Positions 7,659-17,343 of a DNA stretch of 28,268 nt are shown here, in pieces. The notes beneath the pieces are model-generated. The model made no database searches. It saw only the letters and a program-made list of their open reading frames with translations, and was not told where the DNA came from. The DNA comes from an uncultured Vampirovibrionales bacterium (GTDB lineage: Bacteria; Cyanobacteriota; Vampirovibrionia; Vampirovibrionales; Vampirovibrionaceae): NCBI GenBank assembly GCA_964643815.1, contig CAZXUP010000002.1:1-28268 (forward strand), read 5' to 3'. How positions within the stretch are numbered: the stretch's first letter is position 1; each line of letters opens with the position of its first letter. A program made the position numbers and the translations under genes.

Positions 7659-9896
7659 ATGACCGACACTCTCAACCTCACCAACGCCCTTGGCATCATT
7701 CGGAAAAAACTCCGCCTTATCTCCCTTGTTACCCTGATCGTGTTTGGTTGGGGCCTCCTCTATGTCGCCACCATGTACACGCCAAAATACGAATCCAAGG
7801 CGCGTCTCTGGATTAAGCAAATCAACCAGATTCCGTTGGTGGCCCAGATGTACGACCCTAACAGCAATCCATTGGCCCCGGTTGCCCAGGCTGGTAACCC
7901 GATTTTGACCCAAATGGAGATTTTGAAGTCGACTCAGACTTCGAAAGAACTGACCCAATTTATCAACACCCACTATCCCGAGGAAAATCCTACCGGCAAG
8001 CTGATCGATATCAACGACTACATGGACCTCAAAAACAAGGTCGGCACCGATATCATCGAAGTCCACTTCAACTGGAGCAAGCCCGAATTAGCGCAGCTTT
8101 TCCTCAAGAAGGCTCTGGAAACATACCAGGCCACTGTGACTGAAACCAACAAGGGAATCAGAAGAAAACGCCGTGAGATTATCGATCATAAAATTGTGGA
8201 AATCGAAAAAGATCTGGCGGACGTCAACCAGAAAATCAAAACCTACAAACAAGCCAACCGCATCATGACCCTGCCGATTGAAGGCGAGGAGCTGGCCCGC
8301 AGAAGAGGGGATACCGAAGCCCTTCTGGCTAAAGTCACGATGGAAAAACAGGGCGCTCTCAATAAAGCCAATGAGCTTGCGCGGCAGCTAGGGCTGAGCG
8401 GTACCCAGGGTCTCAAAAACACCGTCATCTCGTATGAGAATGTCTCATTGCTCCAGTTAGAGCAAAGTCTCAGCACCAGCATGCTGGATTATCTGGAAAA
8501 AAGGGAAATCCTCTCGGATGAGAACCCGAAACTCATTGCGCTTAAAAACAAAGTGGACTACCTCAAGAAGCAGATTCAGGATCTCCACGGCATTTACGTC
8601 AATGAAAGCCTGAAGAATAATCCGCTGACAATCTCGGATCCTGTAAAATCGGGCATGGCTGAAGAAATGGCTGCCAGCCAGGGCGAGTATATCGCACTAC
8701 GCGCCCAGGAAAATTCCCTGAGAGGAGTTTTGAGCCGGATTGGCGCCCAATATAAGCAGCTTCCGGAAAACGAATACAGTCTCAATCATTTGATGGAAAT
8801 GAAATTCGTGCTGACTGAAGCTTATAAATCGCTCAAAACCCAGCAAATTGACGCCCATTTGAATGAAGCCGAAGTGATGAGCAACATTTTTGAAGTGGAT
8901 ACACCCACCTTCGAAGAAGAGCCTGTTCCCTTGACCCAGCTTCACTATCTCATCCTCTCGCTTCTGGCCGGTGGCGCTTTAGGTCTGTTTGTCGCCATCC
9001 TTCAGCAACAGCTTGAAGATGTTTGCGAGCAAGCCAACGAAGTGGAAAACATCACCGGAAAGCCCGTGGTCGGTCGCCTGCCTTGGGTCAGGGATTTGCC
9101 ACCTTCTACAGGCCTGCCGTCTTTCAATCCGGCATATAACAACATCGTTTCCAACCTGCGTGTTCAGTCCGCGGACAAACGCTTGCAAACGCTGGTGTTT
9201 ACCTCTCCGCTGTCCGACACCGCCCGGGAATACAGCTTTGTTTACGGCATCGCCAACCAATTGGCCAGCCTGAACTATCGGGTGGCTTTGGTGGATAACG
9301 ACTTCCGGAATCCGACCTTCCTGAGCCAGTTAACCCAACCTTTCAGCCACAGCGCCACCTTGTCCGACGCGTTGTACGCCATTGAAAAACACAGCTACAA
9401 TGGCAATGGAAACGGCAATGGCGCCTCTAAAAATGGCAAAAAGACGCTTACCGCCGTCGGCGTGCTCGAAGCCGTATCCAGCAATGGACAGGCTTTGGCC
9501 GAAGCCGTCTACAGCAACGGTAATGGCAATGGAAACGGCACAGCCTCCTTCCGGGTTGAATCCTACGCCCATAAAGTGTCGGATAGCCTGCACGTATTCG
9601 GCAACATGAACTCGCTGGAAGATCCGTACAAATACTTCAATTCACAGGCCTACAATACCTTCATCGAAAAGCTGAAGGCCGAGTACGACTGGGTCATTGT
9701 CGATGCTCCAATCGACTATTCCGCACCCGAGTTTCCGATCATCGCCAGATTGTCGGACGGCGTGATGCTGATGGTCAATTACCAGATCAAAAAGGCCAAA
9801 CTGAAAGAAATCATGTCTCTTCTGCAAGAATGGGATGTCAACTTCCTGGGTTCCGTTGTGCGAGAAGAAGGTGTCCTGGAAAGCGTCAGAATTTAA
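7659..9896 (+). CDS. wzc: Wzc/GumC-type polysaccharide co-polymerase with a degenerate tyrosine-kinase-like C-terminal domain
   Basis: N-terminal TM plus PKYESKARL, long coiled-coil region, second TM, then a P-loop-like domain with Walker A' VDNDFRNP and Walker B VIVDAP. Walker A position reads TSPLSDTAREYS. Confidence 0.88.
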   Translation: MTDTLNLTNALGIIRKKLRLISLVTLIVFGWGLLYVATMYTPKYESKARLWIKQINQIPLVAQMYDPNSNPLAPVAQAGNPILTQMEILKSTQTSKELTQFINTHYPEENPTGKLIDINDYMDLKNKVGTDIIEVHFNWSKPELAQLFLKKALETYQATVTETNKGIRRKRREIIDHKIVEIEKDLADVNQKIKTYKQANRIMTLPIEGEELARRRGDTEALLAKVTMEKQGALNKANELARQLGLSGTQGLKNTVISYENVSLLQLEQSLSTSMLDYLEKREILSDENPKLIALKNKVDYLKKQIQDLHGIYVNESLKNNPLTISDPVKSGMAEEMAASQGEYIALRAQENSLRGVLSRIGAQYKQLPENEYSLNHLMEMKFVLTEAYKSLKTQQIDAHLNEAEVMSNIFEVDTPTFEEEPVPLTQLHYLILSLLAGGALGLFVAILQQQLEDVCEQANEVENITGKPVVGRLPWVRDLPPSTGLPSFNPAYNNIVSNLRVQSADKRLQTLVFTSPLSDTAREYSFVYGIANQLASLNYRVALVDNDFRNPTFLSQLTQPFSHSATLSDALYAIEKHSYNGNGNGNGASKNGKKTLTAVGVLEAVSSNGQALAEAVYSNGNGNGNGTASFRVESYAHKVSDSLHVFGNMNSLEDPYKYFNSQAYNTFIEKLKAEYDWVIVDAPIDYSAPEFPIIARLSDGVMLMVNYQIKKAKLKEIMSLLQEWDVNFLGSVVREEGVLESVRI

Positions 9897-9899
9897 AAG

Positions 9900-11438
9900 A
9901 TGAAATCTGCCGTCCTCAGTATAGGAAAAGCCGCGCTGGCTGATGAACGGGTGCTTATAGCCCTCGGACTCGCCTTCCCGCTGTTGTTCTACCTCATTCT
10001 GCCCGCGCTGCAAATTGATGTCTTTGGCAAAATCTTTTCTCTCAACCTGTTACTGGTTGGCATCTTCCTGCTGGTGGGCGGCAGCTTCTTTATGTACCTG
10101 ATCTACCGGGGCGGCCCCAAATATTTCGTCATTCCGATTTGTGTCCTCTTTCTCTACCAGACCATGTACCGGACCATCAGCCTTTACCTTCCGTTTTTGA
10201 ACATCAACTTCAAAACGATGGTACTGCTGCTGATTTCGCCGGTTATCATCTTTGTTTTCGTCAAATACAAATTCAAGCCTCGCCTGTTGATGCCTTATCT
10301 TCCCGCACTCTTCTTCTTTGGCATGAACGTGCTCTATACAATGCTGGGGTACATGCATGCGCCCAACAGCACGTACAACCCCGAACAATATACGCACAGC
10401 GCCAACGCCATTATCCCCCGCTCATTCGGCCACGAACTCACCGTGTTTTTGACGTTTATTACCATCGCCATTTACATCGCCTGCAACATTTTCCATTTCC
10501 AGAAAGACAAGGCGATCAATATATTTAACAAGTTTCTTGCCACGTTTTTGCTCACAACATCTGTTTTTTGCGTGGGGATGTATTTTCTGGAAGACATCCG
10601 AATGATTAACATCCTGGCCGGGGTCAAACGGCTTGCCGGGCTTAGCTCACACACCAACGTTTTCGCATTCTTCAACGCCTGCATGATCCTGTATCTCGCG
10701 CGCATTTTTTATCTCAAGGATGAAAACCATAGTACAAAGTTTAAAATCCTCTGCGCCCTGGCCATTATTGCAGGTGCCATCGCAACCCTTTTCACTTACT
10801 CCCGCAGTAACTGTATGCTCCTGTGCATGATGTTCGCCGTCAATATATTGTTGCTATCCAAGGATAAGATGAAGGCGCTGATTGGGGTTTCCTCGCTGGC
10901 CCTGATTGGGTTTTTTGGCATATTTTTCCTGCAAACCCTTGGAACTATCGATATCTTCGACACCATTGCCAGCCGGATTGGAGACGATAGCAGCAGCGAT
11001 TTTCGTCCTAAAACATGGGAATACCTCTACTCCCAAATCCAGTGGGATTGGAGGATCTTCGTCGGGCAAGGCATCGGGGCCATCAGCTCCGTTCTGTTCA
11101 ACTATTTCTCCAGCCGCTACTACGTCAATAACGAAGCCATCATCTATCACCCTCACAACGTATACTTCCAGGTATTTTTTGATTATGGCATTCTCGGCTT
11201 TCTGTTCTACTTTGGGCCATTGTTCTACCTGCTCTATTTTGCGCTCAAAAGAATCCGACTCAATAATGCATTCTGCATCAATGCCATCTTCCTGATTGAG
11301 TTGATCATGTTCGCCCTCATCACCTCCACGGTCGATGCCTACCTGTTCAACCTGGAAGTTATCCCGTTCTGGATTATGGTGACAAGCCTCTATACCCAGG
11401 TTATAGCGGATCACAAGATTCCGGTGGAAAATACCTGA
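9900..11438 (+). CDS. Wzy/O-antigen-ligase family membrane protein (likely the polymerase)
   Basis: Many hydrophobic TM segments, RLAGLSSHTN, TYSRS, a periplasmic loop with R...W and G-x-G-x-G (GQGIG), HPHNVYFQVFFDYGILG. Confidence 0.85.
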   Translation: MKSAVLSIGKAALADERVLIALGLAFPLLFYLILPALQIDVFGKIFSLNLLLVGIFLLVGGSFFMYLIYRGGPKYFVIPICVLFLYQTMYRTISLYLPFLNINFKTMVLLLISPVIIFVFVKYKFKPRLLMPYLPALFFFGMNVLYTMLGYMHAPNSTYNPEQYTHSANAIIPRSFGHELTVFLTFITIAIYIACNIFHFQKDKAINIFNKFLATFLLTTSVFCVGMYFLEDIRMINILAGVKRLAGLSSHTNVFAFFNACMILYLARIFYLKDENHSTKFKILCALAIIAGAIATLFTYSRSNCMLLCMMFAVNILLLSKDKMKALIGVSSLALIGFFGIFFLQTLGTIDIFDTIASRIGDDSSSDFRPKTWEYLYSQIQWDWRIFVGQGIGAISSVLFNYFSSRYYVNNEAIIYHPHNVYFQVFFDYGILGFLFYFGPLFYLLYFALKRIRLNNAFCINAIFLIELIMFALITSTVDAYLFNLEVIPFWIMVTSLYTQVIADHKIPVENT

Positions 11439-11515
11439 TAATCTGTCTGCCTCACGTTAACGATAAAAATCAATGTTTTTGTTTTGAGATTAAGTTGTAA
11501 GACTGGAAGTACCAA

Positions 11516-12604
11516 ATGGCTAAAAAGAACCGATTGATCTGGATGATTAACCTGCGCGGGCTGATGATGGTCCTGGTCGTTATCTTCCATGTGACTCAGC
11601 AGTATTCCGCCGGGTGGACCCAAAAGTTCATGACCCTGAACTCCGTGGTGCTGCCGCTGTTCTTTTTCCTGTCCGGCATGATGCTGAAAACTAATATGCC
11701 GACAGGAGACTTCCTGAAAAACAAGGCCAGCCGAATCCTTCTTCCTTATCTTTTCTTTGCCGGGCTTTCGTACGGAATTTATCTCCTCAGAAAACTGATC
11801 AGCCCCACCTTTATGGCAGGCAGCGACCCTCTCCAACTGTTTTTAGGAATATTTTACGGTACAAACATATCAGGCTGGTTCCTGAATGTTCCGCTGTGGT
11901 TCCTCCCCTGCCTGTTCATCATGCAATGCCTCACCTACTTTTCCGCCAAGTTCAAAAAACCGGTCTTCATCGGTCTTTTAATCCTCTGGGCGGTTATCGG
12001 CTACCTGTTGGAAAAGTTTGTCTCCTTCCCCTTGCCCTGGTCCATGAATCACGCCTTTTCGGATGTCATTTTCGTGGGAGCCGGCTACCTGATGGCGAAA
12101 AAGCTCTGCGCCTCCAACTACCAGATGTCCGGGATTGCCACGACGGCGGCAATAGTAACCTGGGCCCTGACCTCCGCGCTGGCCATCACATTGACGTTCA
12201 ACAGCATCCCGTATGTTTTACTCAAGTACGTTGCCGGAATGACGGGCGTGTTGTGTCTGATTGGTATTTTCCAGCGCCTTCCCAAAATCTCTTACCTGTC
12301 CACTGTCAGCAAAAATACGCTTGAAATTCTGGGGCTTCAATCCATTGCCTTTATGCTGACAACCAGCTTACTGCGCAAAATATTCCACATTCCCGTAAAC
12401 AGCGTTATCGAAAGTCTCGTCAATGTAGTGCCTCCCCTGCAAATTTACCTTGTCATCATGGCTTATCTGTTTGCCGGGCTCATCGGTCCTATTTGGATGA
12501 CCAGGCTCTATAACGCGCTTCGCCCCAAAGCAATCCAGCTTTTCAATCAGTTAAAAAACACTTTCAAACGTCCCATCCACTCCACCAGTGCCACAACTCC
12601 ATAA
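11516..12604 (+). CDS. Acyltransferase family 3 (polysaccharide O-acyltransferase)
   Basis: RLIWMINLRGLMMVLVVIFH, LPLFFFLSG, RILLPY, LWFLPCLF, multiple TMs. Confidence 0.9.
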   Translation: MAKKNRLIWMINLRGLMMVLVVIFHVTQQYSAGWTQKFMTLNSVVLPLFFFLSGMMLKTNMPTGDFLKNKASRILLPYLFFAGLSYGIYLLRKLISPTFMAGSDPLQLFLGIFYGTNISGWFLNVPLWFLPCLFIMQCLTYFSAKFKKPVFIGLLILWAVIGYLLEKFVSFPLPWSMNHAFSDVIFVGAGYLMAKKLCASNYQMSGIATTAAIVTWALTSALAITLTFNSIPYVLLKYVAGMTGVLCLIGIFQRLPKISYLSTVSKNTLEILGLQSIAFMLTTSLLRKIFHIPVNSVIESLVNVVPPLQIYLVIMAYLFAGLIGPIWMTRLYNALRPKAIQLFNQLKNTFKRPIHSTSATTP

Positions 12605-12728
12605 ACGACCGACAACTTGCTTTACATTTGGTAATGTCTGTAAATTTCTCCATTAGAACGGTTTTTCCCTAGTTACATACTGTGCACCCAGTGTCTATAC
12701 AGGTGCTGAAACCAGGAAGGTAAAATTT

Positions 12729-13892
12729 ATGCTCTCATTCTTAAAGTCACCCCTACCCCGTCTCCTTGCGCTTGGATTGATTGCCGCAGCAACTGTCTCC
12801 AATACGCCTGTTCTTTCCGAGGAGAACACGCTGCCGGAAATGGACAAGACCGAACTCCCTAAAATCCTGACCAGTATCAAGTATTACACTTCACGAAAAT
12901 ATATCCTGGGTCCCAACGATATTATCAGCATTACCGTGGCGGATGGTCCGGAATTTAACCAGAAGGGTGTCCGGGTGCAACCCGACGGTAACATCGTTTT
13001 GACGGGAATTGGACCTATTAATGTTTCCGGGATGACCGTCGAAGAGCTTTACGCAACCCTGGTTGATCACTACAGGCATTACCTGAGAGATCCGAAGGTT
13101 GCCATCAACCTGGATAGCATGAAGCCTTTTATCGTTTATGTGTCCGGCGCGGTCGTCACCCCCGGAAGTTACGAACTTGAGGCTGACACTTCAAAATATC
13201 AAGCCGCACCCGATCAGAATCGGCCGGATATCCAGGTTATACGCAAAACCCCCTTGTTAAGCAACGTACTGGTCGCCACCGGCGGCCTTACCTACCGGGC
13301 TGACCTTGAAAATATCAAAATCGTCAACGCCCATGAAGGCACCGAAATGCATGTCAACCTCCTGGATCTCATCAATAAAAACGATACGGCACAGGATATC
13401 TACCTGATGCCGGGTGATAGCATCCAGGTGCCCGAACTTCCGCTGGCCAAGGCCGCTCATGGCGAGACTTACGCCAAATTCTCGAACACCTCCTTTGCCC
13501 AAAAGCAAATCCCGATTCGCGTGTACGGCTACGTGAATTCGCCGGGCCTGGTCAGTCTGAACACCTCACAGTCCAACCGCTTGAACTCAGCCATTGTCGC
13601 GGCGGGAGGTTACTCACTTGCCTCTCCCTACGCACCAAACAAGGTATATGTAAGCCGGGTTTTGGAAAATGGGAAACTGGCGACCCTGAGCGTTAATCCT
13701 AAAGACGAAGATATGACACTGATGCCCAATGATGTGGTGTATGTTCCTGAAAAAACTCGCCCCCAGGTCGCAAAAGCATTCGACTATATGAGCCGGATCA
13801 TTGCTCCTATCAACGCCACGGCGGCGTCATACAACAACTGGGCATTGATGTTCAACCCAACCAGAAGCCAATTCCAGCCGCCATCTTATTAA
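12729..13892 (+). CDS. wza: Wza/OPX polysaccharide export protein with SLBB domains
   Basis: YILGPNDIISI...VQPDGNI...GMTVEEL (Poly_export), repeated VYVSGAVVTPG / VYGYVNSPG and LMPGDSIQVP / LMPNDVVYVPE, C-terminal amphipathic helix. Confidence 0.9.
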   Translation: MLSFLKSPLPRLLALGLIAAATVSNTPVLSEENTLPEMDKTELPKILTSIKYYTSRKYILGPNDIISITVADGPEFNQKGVRVQPDGNIVLTGIGPINVSGMTVEELYATLVDHYRHYLRDPKVAINLDSMKPFIVYVSGAVVTPGSYELEADTSKYQAAPDQNRPDIQVIRKTPLLSNVLVATGGLTYRADLENIKIVNAHEGTEMHVNLLDLINKNDTAQDIYLMPGDSIQVPELPLAKAAHGETYAKFSNTSFAQKQIPIRVYGYVNSPGLVSLNTSQSNRLNSAIVAAGGYSLASPYAPNKVYVSRVLENGKLATLSVNPKDEDMTLMPNDVVYVPEKTRPQVAKAFDYMSRIIAPINATAASYNNWALMFNPTRSQFQPPSY

Positions 13893-13922
13893 ATAACCCA
13901 CTATCAGAAAGAGCGTAATACG

Positions 13923-15464
13923 GTGGAAAGCACACTTGATTACGAACGAAAGAAACTGAATTCCGGCATCTTTTATTCGACGATCAAGTATGGCGTCAAT
14001 ATTATTTCCGGCCTTGCCTACTCGGTCCTGATAGCCCGTCTATTCGGGGCCGAGTTGGTCGGAATGTTCTTTCTGCTGATGACCTTTATCGGCGTCTTCA
14101 ACATCGTCACCAATCTGGGCGAACAAGGCGGACTGGTTCGGATGGCGAACAAATACAAACAGCAGGATCAGGGCGTTACCGCGCTACTGGCCCTGTTTTT
14201 TCTCACTTCGCTCCTGTTTACGCTCATCCTCATGCTCCCCTTCGGGCTAATCGTCCAACAGTTGCTCACCAACGTCTATCACAAGCCCCACCTCATCCTG
14301 CCATTCTGGATTTTGTGCCTCAGCTACACTTTTTTCAACAACACCAGCGCCATTCTCAACAGTATTTTTGTGGCGTTTCAGGAAATGAAATACTCCCTCA
14401 TCCTGGAAGTCATTTTAACCGCCATCAAAATATTGGGCGTTCTGGCGGCTTATGTCCTTGTCGGGAAATCCGTCATGGCTGTCGTCCTCATTCAGGTCTT
14501 GATTGATTTGTCTCAACTCGTTCTGTTGCTCGCCTTTCTGGGAAAAATTATCAACCTGACGTTCACTTTTTCCACCGAATTATTCCGTCAGGCAGCACGA
14601 GACTTGAAAGAAGTGCTTCTGTTTGGACTCCGCCTGATGCCCAAAAATTACAATTACCTCATTACAGAATACATCGATCGATCCCTCATCCCGGTCTTTA
14701 TCACCAGCATTTCCCTGCTGGGCCTCTATGTGACGTCTTACCAGATTTTTTCAAAAATCGTCGCCTTTTCAGCGGTTTTTTGCAAAATGCTGTTTCCCTC
14801 GTTCTCGCGTTTAAGCCTGCAAAGCAACACCGATGACATGCTGACGCTGTATCGCGACTCCATTCAGAAATTATCGATTTTGATGGTATTTATTGTCGCC
14901 CTTGGGGCTGGCTTTGCCAAGCTCATTATGGGCGCCTTCGGGCCAGAATTTACGCAAGCCGGTGTGCTGCTGATGCTGTTGCTGCCCGGTCTTCTGGCGG
15001 AAGTCTTCAGCGTGAGTTCATCGACCTTGCTCCAGGCGCTGGATCGTCCGGGACTTGTGTCTCTCTATTCATTCGCAGGCGCCGGCGTCAACGCCCTGCT
15101 CAACATCTCGCTCATTCCGGTTCTCGGTATCGAAGGAGCCGCCTTAAGCAATACGCTGGCTCTTATTCTGATGGCCATCTGCTTTTACGCCCATGCCTGC
15201 AAAGTGGTGGGACAAAACTTATTGAACACAGACCAGGTACTGATGCAGCTCAAACTACTGGCTATCGGCGGGTTTCTGTTCCTGTTCAGCACGCTCATTC
15301 AGGAAACCCCACTACCTGTTCCGGCGCTCTGGATACCCGTCTGGGCCGTCATTCTTCTGTTTATTTATCTGATCCTGATTCATACGTTCAACATTTACAA
15401 TCTTCATCCCCTTCTTGTGAAACTACAGGAAAGAACCAAACAATGGCAACGCGCTTTACCGTAA
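13923..15464 (+). CDS. wzx: Wzx flippase (MOP/polysaccharide biosynthesis family)
   Basis: GTG start, many TMs, ARLFGAELVG, NISLIPVLGIEGAALS, position within the operon. Confidence 0.9.
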   Translation: MESTLDYERKKLNSGIFYSTIKYGVNIISGLAYSVLIARLFGAELVGMFFLLMTFIGVFNIVTNLGEQGGLVRMANKYKQQDQGVTALLALFFLTSLLFTLILMLPFGLIVQQLLTNVYHKPHLILPFWILCLSYTFFNNTSAILNSIFVAFQEMKYSLILEVILTAIKILGVLAAYVLVGKSVMAVVLIQVLIDLSQLVLLLAFLGKIINLTFTFSTELFRQAARDLKEVLLFGLRLMPKNYNYLITEYIDRSLIPVFITSISLLGLYVTSYQIFSKIVAFSAVFCKMLFPSFSRLSLQSNTDDMLTLYRDSIQKLSILMVFIVALGAGFAKLIMGAFGPEFTQAGVLLMLLLPGLLAEVFSVSSSTLLQALDRPGLVSLYSFAGAGVNALLNISLIPVLGIEGAALSNTLALILMAICFYAHACKVVGQNLLNTDQVLMQLKLLAIGGFLFLFSTLIQETPLPVPALWIPVWAVILLFIYLILIHTFNIYNLHPLLVKLQERTKQWQRALP

Positions 15465-16399
15465 TCATCTGCACCTACAACCGGGCCAGCTATCTGAATT
15501 TGTGCCTGAACGCCCTGGCGGAGCAAACCCTGCCGGGGGATGCTTATCGCCTTTTAGTAGTCGATAACAATTCCACCGACAACACGGCGCAAATTGTTCA
15601 GGCGCATCAACAGAAAAACCCACGGCTTGAATATATTTTTGAAGCCCATCAGGGATTATCCCATGCCCGTAACCGGGGCATGAGCGAATCAGACAGTGAG
15701 TACCTGTTCTTTCTGGATGATGACGCCATCCTCTCGCCGGACAGCCTGATGACCTTGCTGCAATACCTGGCGGAAAACGAAAACGTGCTGATCGTCGGAG
15801 GCCGCGCTCAAATCAAATACCTGGAAGGCAAACCGGCGTGGGTGACCCCCAAGGTGGAAGCCTGGATGGGATCGTACAACTACGGCAGCGAAGAAATCGA
15901 AGTGAACAACGCAACGATCAAACAGAAAAAAGTCCGCTTGCCTATCGGTTGCTGCTTTATCGTGAAACGTTCTTTATTGGACGAGATGGGTGGCTTCAAA
16001 CCGTCACTGGGCCGGATTGGCAAAAAAATGCTGGCAGGCGAAGAAACCCTGATTGCCCTGAAAGCGCTGGAGAAAAACGGAAAAATTGTTTACCACCCCA
16101 ATGTATACGTCGATCACATGATTGAACCACATTGGGTTGATCAGGATTTTTTGCTGAACAAAACCTACTTTTACGGCATTTCCGACATCAACGTACAATT
16201 TTTAAGCGGAAAACGCATTTCTGAAATCGTGAAATACCTCGCGTTTCGTTTGGTCTTTCTCGCAAAAAATTTGGTCGATTTAACCCTTTGCCGGATTCAA
16301 AACACACCCCAACGAGCCTTTGAAGTCAGGCTTTTGTTCAACTTCAACCGTGGCATTTATGCAGGCTTATTTAGCCGTTTGGGGTCCACCTCGCCATGA
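15443..16399 (+). CDS. GT2 family glycosyltransferase
   Basis: VIICTYNRA, VVDNNSTD, GLSHARNRG, FLDDDA, GGFKPSLGR...GEET. Overlaps wzx by 22 nt. Confidence 0.93.
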   Translation: MATRFTVIICTYNRASYLNLCLNALAEQTLPGDAYRLLVVDNNSTDNTAQIVQAHQQKNPRLEYIFEAHQGLSHARNRGMSESDSEYLFFLDDDAILSPDSLMTLLQYLAENENVLIVGGRAQIKYLEGKPAWVTPKVEAWMGSYNYGSEEIEVNNATIKQKKVRLPIGCCFIVKRSLLDEMGGFKPSLGRIGKKMLAGEETLIALKALEKNGKIVYHPNVYVDHMIEPHWVDQDFLLNKTYFYGISDINVQFLSGKRISEIVKYLAFRLVFLAKNLVDLTLCRIQNTPQRAFEVRLLFNFNRGIYAGLFSRLGSTSP

Positions 16400-17343
16400 C
16401 GCGACCGACCCTCAGTATTGGCTTATGCACCTACAACCGGGCGGATTTTCTACCCGAAGTGCTTGCCGCGCTGAAGGCTCAAACCCTGGAGCCAAGCCTG
16501 TACGAACTGGTGGTAATTGATAACAACTCGAAAGATGAGACTCGCCGGGTCGTCCAGCAATTTGCAGAAGCCAATCCGCAACTGAGGGTTCGGTATTTCT
16601 TTGAAGAGAAGCAAGGGATTTCTCACGCGCGCAACCGGGCGTATCTGGAAGCAAACAGCGACTATGTTGCTTATATTGACGACGATGAACTCGCTCAACC
16701 GGATTGGCTGGAAAGCTACCATAACGCCACTCGGGAACATCCAGGCATCGCCATCTACGCGGGCCGAATCCGCATTTTCTACCCCGGCGAAAAACCGGAC
16801 TGGGCCTCTGACTATGTCGAAAAATGGTACGGCCAATATGATTTTGGCCCCGTGCCCGTTGAAATTACGGAAGAAACCATTGCCCAGGGACAGGCCGCGT
16901 TGCCCAATGCGGGAAACATGGCGGTTCGTGTTGAGTTTCTGAAACGCATTGGCGGCTTTGATGCGAACCTGGGACGCAAGGGCAACCAGATGCTTGGCGG
17001 TGAAGAAACCAGGATTGCACTGACGGCTTTGGAGCAGGGCGAGCGGATGCTTTACTATCCGGCCTCCCTGATTGATCATGTCATTTTTCCAGAACGGTTA
17101 TCACTAGAATTTCTGAAAGAAAAACACTTTATGCAGGGACGCTCTTACAGCAAACTGTATCGCGCCGAGTTGGTCCGTCGTGGGCTTCCACGGTTGCTTG
17201 CCGGAAAAATCGTCTACTGGAGCAGATTACTGCCCGGTATTTTTAACCGGCAGCATCATACCCAACTCAAAACAAAACTACAGTTCACGTTTGAACGTGG
17301 GCTAATGGCAGGCCTTTTAGCGAGAGGTCCGCATCATGCCTGA
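16396..17343 (+). CDS. GT2 family glycosyltransferase (paralog of the preceding gene)
   Basis: IGLCTYNRA, VIDNNSKD, GISHARNRA, YIDDDE, GGFDANLGR...GEET. ATGA start/stop overlap. Confidence 0.93.
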   Translation: MTRPTLSIGLCTYNRADFLPEVLAALKAQTLEPSLYELVVIDNNSKDETRRVVQQFAEANPQLRVRYFFEEKQGISHARNRAYLEANSDYVAYIDDDELAQPDWLESYHNATREHPGIAIYAGRIRIFYPGEKPDWASDYVEKWYGQYDFGPVPVEITEETIAQGQAALPNAGNMAVRVEFLKRIGGFDANLGRKGNQMLGGEETRIALTALEQGERMLYYPASLIDHVIFPERLSLEFLKEKHFMQGRSYSKLYRAELVRRGLPRLLAGKIVYWSRLLPGIFNRQHHTQLKTKLQFTFERGLMAGLLARGPHHA

